From Saccostrea echinata (lineage: Eukaryota), in assembly GCF_033153115.1 (NCBI RefSeq), contig NW_026889750.1, positions 29,760,001 through 29,824,000 of the forward strand: a stretch of 64,000 bases of DNA, in the 5' to 3' direction. Shown piece after piece: positions 39,201 to 51,200 of this stretch. The position numbers were made by a program, and so were the translations under genes. The notes under the pieces were generated by a model. The model was given only the letters and a program-made list of their open reading frames with translations. It ran no database searches and had not been told where the DNA came from. Every line of letters starts with the position of its first letter. Within the stretch, counting starts at the first letter, position 1.

Positions 39201-42200
39201 GATATATCCTTATGTGGAAATTAAGGTTAGAAATAATATTTTGAAGAATTTTTTTCTTTTCCTTTAAAACAGTATTTCAACTATACATCGACATATAATG
39301 GACATGCTACATTAACGTGAATGAGAAAAATACGTGAAAGACAAGTGCATTTTTCTGTCTTCGCCAGAGTTATACTATTTCATAAAAAAATTCTCAAATT
39401 CAAAACTTCAGATTATATGTAAAAAAGAGAAATTAGTTTAAGTCAAAAAATTACAAATTTGATATCGCATAGACCTTAACAAAGGATTTTGCAAAACAAT
39501 ACGTGAGCATGAAGAAACAACGTCTACAGAATACTAGTAATATGGGCGAATTCAAAAATAATGACCCGCTAATTGAAATTTTTTGGGGAAAAAATTCATA
39601 TCATTATAGCATATTTTTCTATCATAACATCATATTGTACATACATTCTGTTTTGCATTTCTGAAGTTACAATAGAAAAGACAAATGGCATAAAAAGGTT
39701 TCAAAATTTTTATTAGACCTTTATTTGAAAAAAGAAAATATTACTACATCCAAAAAGACAATTTCAAATTCATAATCAAAAGAAATTATAGTTTTTATCC
39801 TTCAAGCTTTAGTCAGAGATATGATATAGATGATTAGATCTAAACCTTGGTTGAGTTTCTTCTCGTGTATATGTGAAAGAAATTGGTTTTTGATTGTTTT
39901 TTTACATTGATTGTTTCAATTTTTTGAAAAGTTTTAAAATGAAATAAATATGATACGATAAATTCCCCCAAAGTTACTTTTTTGTCCATTAGTCATTTTT
40001 TTTTTAATCTAAGCCAAAAAAAGAATTTTGATAGTTTTCTTACAAAAAGTACTAGATTTTGAAGTGATCCTATTTTACCTTATTTTGCTGTACTCTGGAC
40101 ATCTAGTATGGTTTTATTTACCTTATTTTGCTGTACTCTGGACATCTAGTATGGTTTTATTTACCTTATTTTGCTGTACTCTGGACATCTAGTATGGTTT
40201 TATTTACCTTATTTTGCTGTACTTTGGACATCTAGTATGGTTTTATTTACCTTATTTTGCTGTACTCTGGACATCTAGTATGGTTTTATTTACCTTATTT
40301 TGCTGTACTCTGGACATCTAGTATGGTTTTATTTACCTTATTTTGCTGTACTCTGGACATCTAGTATGGTTTTATTTACCTTATTTTGTTGCACTCTGGA
40401 CATCTAGTATGGTTTTATTTACCTTATTTTGCTGTACTCTGGACATCTAGTATGGTTTTATTTACCTTATTTTGCTGTACTCTGGACATCTAGTATGGTT
40501 TTATTTACCTTATTTTGTTGCACTCTGGACATCTAGTATGGTTTTATTTAACATTGTTTTAAAAATTATAACACACATAACCCATTCAACGTTTGTAAAG
40601 CAATTCGTCGTTTTGTTATTTTTATCATTTACGGCAAGTTTTGGATATTTTCTTGACTTCAAAATATGATTATTTGCTTATGTAATATATATTTAAAAAT
40701 ATATGTTTAGTGACGAAAACTATTCTGTGAATTGACTGTAAAATGTCCAAAAATATTCGTAATTTGTTGATAGACATAATGATTTCAACTAGAAATAGTA
40801 TCAAACATTTTCTGCAATTTATTTTTAGTAAAGATAGTTGAAGTAAGTTCATTGATAATTATAATACAGCTTTGTTGCACTCATGACTGCATTAAAATCT
40901 AATCTAAAATCAAAACCATCGAACACAAAAATTCTTAAATTGTTCTCAATATCAAGTTGCAACGAAATTGTGCAACGAAAATGTTTATAGGCCAATACTT
41001 CATTGTAAAAACACATAGACTTATTTTAACTTGGTTGTATATCTTGATTTATTCCTTTTTATTGTCACAATACGTGAAAGACAAGTGCATTTTTCTGTCT
41101 TTGCCAGAGTTCTACTATTTCATAAAAAAAATTGTCAAATTCAAAACCTCAGATTATATGTAAAAAAGAGAGATTAGTTTAAGTCAAAAAATTACAAATT
41201 TGATATCGCATAGACCTTAACAAAGGATTTTGCAAAACAATACGTGAGCATGAAGAAACAACGTCTACAGAATACTAGTAATATGGGCGAATTCAAAAAT
41301 AATGACCCGCTAATTGAAATTTTTTGGGGAAAAAATTCATATTATTATGCATATTTTTCTATCATAACATCATATTGTACATACATTCTGTTTTGCATTT
41401 CTGAAGTTACAATAGAAAAGACAAATGGCATAAAAAGGTTTCAAAATTTTTATTAGACCTTTATTTGAAAAAAGAAAATATTACTACATCCAAAAAGACA
41501 ATTTCAAATTCATAATCAAAAGAAATTATAGTTTTTATCCTTCAAGCTTTAGTCAGAGATATGATATAGATGATTAGATCTAAACCTTGGTTGAGTTTCT
41601 TCTCGTGTATATGTGAAAGAAATTGGTTTTTGATTGTTTTTTTACATTGATTGTTTCAATTTTTTGAAAAGTTTTAAAATGAAATAAATATGATACGATA
41701 AATTCCCCCAAAGTTACTTTTTTGTCCATTAGTCATTTTTTTTTAATCTAAGCCAAAAAAAGAATTTTGATAGTTTTCTCACAAAAAGTACTAGATTTTG
41801 AAGTGATCCTATTTTACCTTATTTTGCTGTACTCTGGACATCTAGTATGGTTTTATTTACCTTATTTTGCTGTACTCTGGACATCTAGTATGGTTTTATT
41901 TACCTTATTTTGCTGTACTCTGGACATCTAGTATGGTTTTATTTACCTTATTTTGTTGCACTCTGGACATCTAGTATGGTTTTATTTACCTTATTTTGCT
42001 GTACTCTGGACATCTAGTATGGTTTTATTTACCTTATTTTGCTGTACTCTGGACATCTAGTATGGTTTTATTTACCTTATTTTGTTGCACTCTGGACATC
42101 TAGTATGGTTTTATTTAACATTGTTTTAAAAATTATAACACACATAACCCATTCAACGTTTGTAAAGCAATTCGTCGTTTTGTTATTTTTATTATTTACG

Positions 42201-45200
42201 GCAAGTTTTGGATATTTTCTTGACTTCAAAATATGATTATTTGCTTATGTAATATATATTTAAAAATATATGTTTAGTGACGAAAACTATTCTGTGAATT
42301 GACTGTAAAATGTCCAAAAATATTCGTAATTTGTTGATAGACATAATGATTTCAACTAGAAATAGTATCAAACATTTTCTGCAATTTATTTTTAGTAAAG
42401 ATAGTTGAAGTAAGTTCATTGATAATTATAATACAGCTTTGTTGCACTCATGACTGCATTAAAATCTAATCTAAAATCAAAACCATCGAACACAAAAATT
42501 CTTAAATTGTTCTCAATATCAAGTTGCAACGAAATTGTGCAACGAAAATGTTTATAGGCCAATACTTCATTGTAAAAACACATAGACTTATTTTAACTTG
42601 GTTGTATATCTTGATTTATTCCTTTTTATTGTCACAATACGTGAAAGACAAGTGCATTTTTCTGTCTTTGCCAGAGTTCTACTATTTCATAAAAAAAATT
42701 GTCAAATTCAAAACCTCAGATTATATGTAAAAAAGAGAGATTAGTTTAAGTCAAAAAATTACAAATTTGATATCGCATAGACCTTAACAAAGGATTTTGC
42801 AAAACAATACGTGAGCATGAAGAAACAACGTCTACAGAATACTAGTAATATGGGCGAATTCAAAAATAATGACCCGCTAATTGAAATTTTTTGGGGAAAA
42901 AATTCATATTATTATGCATATTTTTCTATCATAACATCATATTGTACATACATTCTGTTTTGCATTTCTGAAGTTACAATAGAAAAGACAAATGGCATAA
43001 AAAGGTTTCAAAATTTTTATTAGACCTTTATTTGAAAAAAGAAAATATTACTACATCCAAAAAGACAATTTCAAATTCATAATCAAAAGAAATTATAGTT
43101 TTTATCCTTCAAGCTTTAGTCAGAGATATGATATAGATGATTAGATCTAAACCTTGGTTGAGTTTCTTCTCGTGTATATGTGAAAGAAATTGGTTTTTGA
43201 TTGTTTTTTTACATTGATTGTTTCAATTTTTTGAAAAGTTTTAAAATGAAATAAATATGATACGATAAATTCCCCCAAAGTTACTTTTTTGTCCATTAGT
43301 CATTTTTTTTTAATCTAAGCCAAAAAAAGAATTTTGATAGTTTTCTCACAAAAAGTACTAGATTTTGAAGTGATCCTATTTTACCTTATTTTGCTGTACT
43401 CTGGACATCTAGTATGGTTTTATTTACCTTATTTTGCTGTACTCTGGACATCTAGTATGGTTTTATTTACCTTATTTTGCTGTACTCTGGACATCTAGTA
43501 TGGTTTTATTTACCTTATTTTGTTGCACTCTGGACATCTAGTATGGTTTTATTTACCTTATTTTGCTGTACTCTGGACATCTAGTATGGTTTTATTTACC
43601 TTATTTTGCTGTACTCTGGACATCTAGTATGGTTTTATTTACCTTATTTTGTTGCACTCTGGACATCTAGTATGGTTTTATTTAACATTGTTTTAAAAAT
43701 TATAACACACATAACCCATTCAACGTTTGTAAAGCAATTCGTCGTTTTGTTATTTTTATTATTTACGGCAAGTTTTGGATATTTTCTTGACTTCAAAATA
43801 TGATTATTTGCTTATGTAATATATATTTAAAAATATATGTTTAGTGACGAAAACTATTCTGTGAATTGACTGTAAAATGTCCAAAAATATTCGTAATTTG
43901 TTGATAGACATAATGATTTCAACTAGAAATAGTATCAAACATTTTCTGCAATTTATTTTTAGTAAAGATAGTTGAAGTAAGTTCATTGATAATTATAATA
44001 CAGCTTTGTTGCACTCATGACTGCATTAAAATCTAATCTAAAATCAAAACCATCGAACACAAAAATTCTTAAATTGTTCTCAATATCAAGTTGCAACGAA
44101 ATTGTGCAATGTTTATAGGCCAATACTTCATTGTAAAAACACATAGACTTATTTAAACTTGGTTGTATATCTTGATTTATTTCTTTTTATTGTCACAAAA
44201 CTTGCTAAGAATATAATAAGAAGATAAAAGTATATTTTATAGTATTTTATTCCTTCCAAGGTACAAACACCGTAAGCAATATTGAGGTCAACAAGAAACA
44301 TTCTACTCATCATTTTTTTTCTTTATATCTGATCATTAACATTTTTGTTGCACTACTGACCAAGAGCATGAGAGTATTTAAGGAAGAATTGTGATGCATA
44401 AATTACAACGTTTACAATTAAACTACTTTATACTGTTGTTTCAGTGAAGTTGTGATAGAATTACTTGAATTTCATAACAATTTTTCAGTGTATTTTTTTT
44501 TAGTTCAAAAAAAAAAATTAAAAGAAAAGATTAAAAAAAACATCTGGATTGATACAATTGAAAAAAAGAGACAGATTTTAATAACAAAACTGTCAATAAT
44601 TTAGTACTAAATTATTCAAATCGATTATCATTGATTTAAGAATACTTATTAGTATGAATAGAAGTCTTTTCGTCATTGAACTTTGATCTTTAAAAAAAAA
44701 GTGTTACACTTCTGATCATAGAAATATGGAAAAATGTTCTTTGTGTGTTTATTTTCCAAAAATAGAAAGCAAAGAATCATATACCGATAAACCTGTTTCC
44801 ATCTTGAGGAGCAAAACATCAAATGTTGCACTCCTGACATAATTAGGTATGCACAGATACTTGACTCTCATTAATGCCGCTTGTGACATATATAACATTT
44901 TTAACTTATAAATGGTATATCAGTTATTGTTTTACACTTTGAAAATTCCTTTTGGCTTAATTATCATACAATTTTTTTTAAATCAATGTTTATTCGGCAA
45001 CACTACATTTTTTTTCTGGCATGACATGGTATAACATTTTTTAACAGCAGCCATGGTCATAAATTGGTCAAACAAAAATTACTACAGTCTGAATTTAAAG
45101 CTTAATACATTAAATTTTTATTAGGAAAGTCTTTATTTCCAACATAACCATTATTACTTGTTTCACAGATCTTCAAAAATATTAAATTTTCCAAATGTCA

Positions 45201-48200
45201 CCAGAAAGGTGTTTCAACATCATTTTTGGGCGTAACTTATTTGTGACTTGAGATATCAATGATATATTTGGTAGGTATTTAGCCAATATCAAAAGACATA
45301 TGCTGAGTTATACACGTAGAAATTTATTCACATTGCCTGTATTTTTAGTGCAAGTTGATAAATATTCATTTTTTTTCAATTCACACATACATTGATGTTT
45401 AATATACTTCGTCATTTCAAATTACATTCAAAGCTAGTTAAAATCTACTTATTAAGAGCATTCTTCACTTACCGCCGTTTGACTCTCGGCGACTAGTTTA
45501 GTGTACTCTAGAGACGTCTTGTTGGCAACGTCGTTTACGTTAACATTAGACAGAGTTAACACTATTTCATACACTAACTCCTTTACAGCTGAAAATAAAG
45601 AGGAACTTTTCCTGATATATATTTATACATTATTGTGTTTCACTATGGAAAAAAAACTTGACAAATAATGAGGAATTGAGAAAGATTTTTGATTCTGACT
45701 TTCAAAAATGGTCATCAATATACTCGATAAGTATTGTATCAATGCATAAGTTTAAGTAAAATATATGTACTGTTATTCCATTGATGTATAGCTTGTGCTT
45801 TATTTCCAGATCCGTCCACCATATTGACCGTCAGAGAATACTCTCCGTTCCGAAGCTCTGTTCCGACCCATTTGTTATTACATGACACCTCTCTCACCTG
45901 TACTGGGGACTGAACTGTACAAACTGACGTCACTTCTTCGTTCGTTGTCCACGACAACATCATACTTCCGGCTGTTTTTAATGAGGGTATACCAGTCCAC
46001 TGCAGGGAGGGTGGTGTCACGTCCTCTGAAAATTTAGAGTCATATTCTAGTATGACATGCTTTAAACCTCATCATCTTCAGAGTTGACATGTGAATTACT
46101 TAAAGTCCACGAAAACGAGAGATTAGTTTGAATGTTTCATGGTTTCGTGTTAACATAAACTAGTTACTGAACTTTCTTTTACTCCAAACGCGTTTCCGCT
46201 ACACATTAGGGAACTTTGTCAACCTGTATAAATGACAACGCAGTACTACATGAGACTTTTGTAACAACTTGTGCATGGAATAAGTCGATCTTTGTATACC
46301 ATGGTAGTTATAGTGTTTATTCAATAGAAATAGCTAATCATGTATTGCATATGAAATATCCGAGCTAAACAACGATATTTTCACTCTTGGAATAAAGTTG
46401 TTGAAAAAATGCTCTGGTATTTACATTGTCGGTTTACCATTAATCCATCTGTATACATATGGTCCTCCGAAGTTTCCTGAAGAGTCCGTGACGGAGATCA
46501 CAAGTTTGTAAGATCCTGGGGGAAGTAACATACCCCTCCATCCTCCATCACATGACGATTTCCGGTAGAAGTTGGCGGGACCATTGACGACGCAGCTGCT
46601 GTTTACCGGCTCCGTGACAGCCCAGGTTATTGTGGCATTACTATATGTTCTCGAAGGTGCTTTTGAAAATGCTAGCCGTGGTCGGATAGTATCCACTAGG
46701 ACATTATTATATATATTAGTTTGTTTTTATTAAAACGAAAGTTATATATGTACTATGATTTACATATTTCAAAGTAATGATGATTCCTACGGTTCAAAAA
46801 TTTTTATTGGAACCTATAGGAAGTATCCAATTTTCATATTTTGCGATGCTATTTACATTTATATGTAAATAAATATTTATATCTATATGTTCCAAAATCA
46901 AAAAAGATGAAATATGATTATATTTCCATTTTAGATTTTGTTTCCTGGCTAGAATATAATCTCCACAAAGAATTCAACCGAGAAATTAACCGTTATAGAT
47001 TTCTTTCAAAACTGCATAGAGGCCATGATAAAACACACCTAAGAATTTAAAAAAATACGTTCTATGTGAACGATAACCAAAAATGTTTTTAGAAGTATTG
47101 TTTTAGGGTAAACTTAAGAGTAACAATCCTCAGACTTTAACTGTACATTAAATGAGATGCTAATGATGTCACTTTTACTTCTTACAAAGACATACCATTT
47201 CGCCAGTTATGAACAAAAGGACCAGCTGTGTTATTCCCTAGATCTACTGTTATAATGCTGAGTTTGTAATTTCCTCCCTGCATACTGCTACCAGACCAGG
47301 TACCAGAATTACACAAGAACACCTCTTTGTTGTTGGGCGTGGTTAATGTACACGTTGTCGATACTGGCTCATTCACAGACCACGTGATTTTTGCGTCATT
47401 TATTGTAAGGACATCAATTCGTGTAAATGTTAGAACAGGAGGAGTGACGTCCTCTATTAAAATGTTTAGAAAACAGTTAACTGTGATTTACCAAACCTTC
47501 TTTGGTAACTGTATAAACCTTTGTATAATAAGTGATATTTCAACATGTTTTTTTCATTATTCAAAAAATTGTATTCTAGTTAAGGATTTCAATTACTAGG
47601 ATACTTTTGCAGGACTCAAACCTACGCATTAAAAAAATTCAGCTATAACAAATATTTTAATACTGTCTCATGGAAATGAATTTCAAGTAAATGATAATGG
47701 GAAAAAATAACTTACTGTTGTACCACGTGTATTTGTACGTTGGCGCCGAATTTCTGGATTTATCCCTGGCTGTAATTTCTAATGTTACATTTCCCTCCGG
47801 CAAAAATATCCCATTCCAACTTCCATCACAGCCAGGAAACACTTGGCGCTGTACTGATGTTGTGATAACACATGTTGACGTAGCAAATTCGTTGAATGTC
47901 CACGTAATCGTTGCATTATCAGTAGATTTATGACAGTGAGGTGTATTTGTAAACTTCAATTCTGGGGGTTTTACGTCCCCTTAAATTAAGAAAAGAATTA
48001 CTTGCACAATTTAACAATACAATGATGGACAATACTACAAAATATCTCAAAAAAATAACATTTGACCTATAGCAATAAATAGTAACCTATAGAGAATTTC
48101 TTTTCTTAAACTATCGTTCCACAGTGTGATTTTAGGTGACAGAATGTGTGTTTTTTTTTAATCCAGTTGGGGTTGGAAGATCATTTTTAAGCCAAGCGGT

Positions 48201-51200
48201 ATTCAAACAGAAACATATTCCAGGTATGAATGGGATTAAAACACTTTTCACACAACAAGAGTGTGGTAGTTCGCAAGTACTACGTACTCAGTATACTTAT
48301 CAAAGGAGGATGTAGAGTGGAGATTTTAGGTATTTTAATAAAAAATATTCATGAAACATGAATGTATTTCGACTTACGCGAGTGAGTCAATTGGCAATTT
48401 TTGTGAGAAAGTGATTTTTTTGGAACCTGAACTTTACTTTTTACTTACACGACATCGTCAAAGATATTGCAAAATTACGGACTGTATCACTTTATGATCT
48501 CACCAACAGAAGCCAACAAGTTCACAACTTACTGTTATACCACTTATGCTGGAAAGGACCTGCCATGTTTAAAGATTCGTCATAGACTGTGACATTCAGA
48601 ACAAAATTTCCTTCTGGTAGATAGTCCTCGCTCCATCCTTTATCACACACCACTGAACGATAGAATGATGGACCCTCAATTTCACAAACTCCAGAAGCGA
48701 CCTCGTTAGTCACCCACGTGATGTTGGCTTTGCTAAGTGAACGTCTTGGTTTCCGCCTAAATGTGAGTATTGGAGGTGTAACGTCGACTAAAAACAATAT
48801 TTGAAATGCATTAGCTGTATATTTGTAAGGGGAACACATCAACATAAAAATTATGGTTAATTTCATTGATTTTATTAATATTTTACATTTCTTTCTACTG
48901 ATGTCATTTCTAGTTGAAACGGTCATGACCAAGAGCAGATATTGATTCGGGTATTATAAGATAGAGTTAAATAGAGGTTCAATAACCTGTGTGAGTTTCA
49001 TCCCGAGTTTCTTAATTTTTTAGTGTTAAAAGGACACGAGCTTGCAGAGTACAGGTACAAACTAGAAAACTGACAATCGGAGAGGGCCCCGCTAAGGGCT
49101 GTGGCTGTTTAAGGAAAGTGCCAACTGCATTTAGTTGTATACATCCAGGCATACATACAAACAGACAAATTGATATTATCCCGAAATGTATATGCGTATA
49201 GGTGCCTTGCTCTTATAGTAAAGTACTTTTAAAAAATGAAAAAAAAAGTTTCGTTGAAAGTTCACGAGTCATCGCATCACAATAAAAGCGTTGGCAGATG
49301 GACAGTTAGACGGACGGACGGACAGATAGACAGACGGACAGAAAATGTGATATTTCTATAGGGATCGCGCAATTTTCCTGCGAGACCCTTATTAATAGGG
49401 CTTCCTAGCACCAGAATCCCAAACCCAGTCGTAAAGAATTTTCTAAATTCTGGTAGAACACCCTTCCTCGTTAAAATACTCTCTTTGCCTCCTGGATGCC
49501 CGGGAGCAAAAAAAGATTTTCAAAGAATAAATGCATTTTGACTATGATATGATCTATAGAGACCCACCTGAACACCAGAATCCCTGACCAGGAGATAATT
49601 ACCTTCACAATTTTGGAAGAGGCACTTTGTTCATCAAAACCATGCACTTACTAGTAGTAGCTAAATATCCAAGAACAGAGATTTTCAGAGAATCAATGCA
49701 TTTTCACTATATGATCAATATAGTCACACCCTAACATCAGACCTCCTGATTTAGGGGCCATGAAATTCACAATTTTGGAAAAAGTGCTCATCAAAACTAT
49801 TTCCTTGCTTAATACCTAAAATCAAAGAAGAATATTTTTAAAGAATTCTAGCATTTTCACTAAAGATTATTTTTAGAAACCTACCCTAACACCTGAACCC
49901 CTGAACCAAGGGCCATGAATTTCACAATATCAGTAGAGGGCTCAATGATTGTTATAATCATATAAACAGTTTGACTACTTGATGTCCAGGAGTAAAAAAA
50001 GATTTTTGAAGATTGCAATGATTTTTATGGTTTTTCGTCCCACCCTTAGGGTCCAAGTGGGGCAAAGACCATAAAATTAACAATTTTCGTTCCCTTTGTC
50101 AAAGAAATGCCATGACATTTCAGAGAAGGCTAGAAATGTTCAAATATTAACGGATGTAGCACGACGACGGACGAAAACAGAAAGCAATGGGTCACCTGAG
50201 GGACTCAAGTTACCTAAAAATCAAGGAATGAGAGTTAGAAAAAAATCGGTAACTAAAGAGCACGTATTACGGAACCCTTTTTCTAGCATTGCAAAAACTG
50301 AATTTCTTCACATCTTATGGTATAATTACTTCGCGGATCATGGCAGATCACAGCAACCAATCAAAGGCTTTGCTGATCAAATGCTCGCAAGGAGTTCTCT
50401 AACATGTAAGAGAACCAAAATCAGAATAGTGATGACATCATATAGCTCTAATGGGAGAAGACATTTTCATACAACAGGTCGTCGGAAGGGTGTAAATTTT
50501 TATCCCTCAAGATCTTGACCATGTTGCAAAAAATGTTTTCGAAAATAATTAATTGTAGTTAACAGAAGTAACTTACAGTCGCAATGATTTATATTTTATG
50601 TTTTAAAAAAAAGTAAAATTTTATCAAGAATATTGATATATATTTTTTTAAAAATGATGCAGTTACTCCCATAAGTCACTTTATTTCATAAATCAAAAGC
50701 ATATTTTCTACTTTTTTCACATCGTCTGAAAAAGGAAAAATATGGTCTCTATAAGTTTAAGATTGTTACAATTGATTCCGATTTGTTTTTGACATTTCTC
50801 ATGTTTTCAGATGAAGTACGGATTTTTGCATTTGAATGTTTTGCTGATTAGTTGTTTTAGCCTTGGAAAATGAACGCATGGAAAATATACCTTTACACAA
50901 CATATTTTTATTCGCCAGTGTAGCAGATCAGAGGCATAGGTATCACTTTATCTAGAGTTCATTCCGATTCTGTCTGCCTGACTTTCTGAGAGGAGTCACA
51001 TTTTCACAAACAAGCCTCGACCTAGAACTATCTTATTTTAAATCATTTCATCGTGATATTTTATGGAAAAATAATTCTCAAATGCCATCATTATAGAAAT
51101 TAGAAATTGTTAGCTGAAATTCAAAATTGGATGTTTTCGCAAAAAAAAAAAAAAAAAAAAAAATGCCGTTATCATTGATAATTGGAGTCGATCTGCATAT

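Noticed and set aside
40075-43682. CRISPR-like appearance of the 43-bp repeats
   Set aside because: Units are head-to-tail with no unique spacers, the context is a eukaryotic intron, and no cas genes are present.
40472-43986. Repeated 60-70 aa ORFs
   Set aside because: By-products of the triplicated AT-rich TE DNA, with no protein motifs.
50096-50518. 140-aa + strand ORF
   Set aside because: It spans a HINE terminus and intron sequence, so it is spurious.
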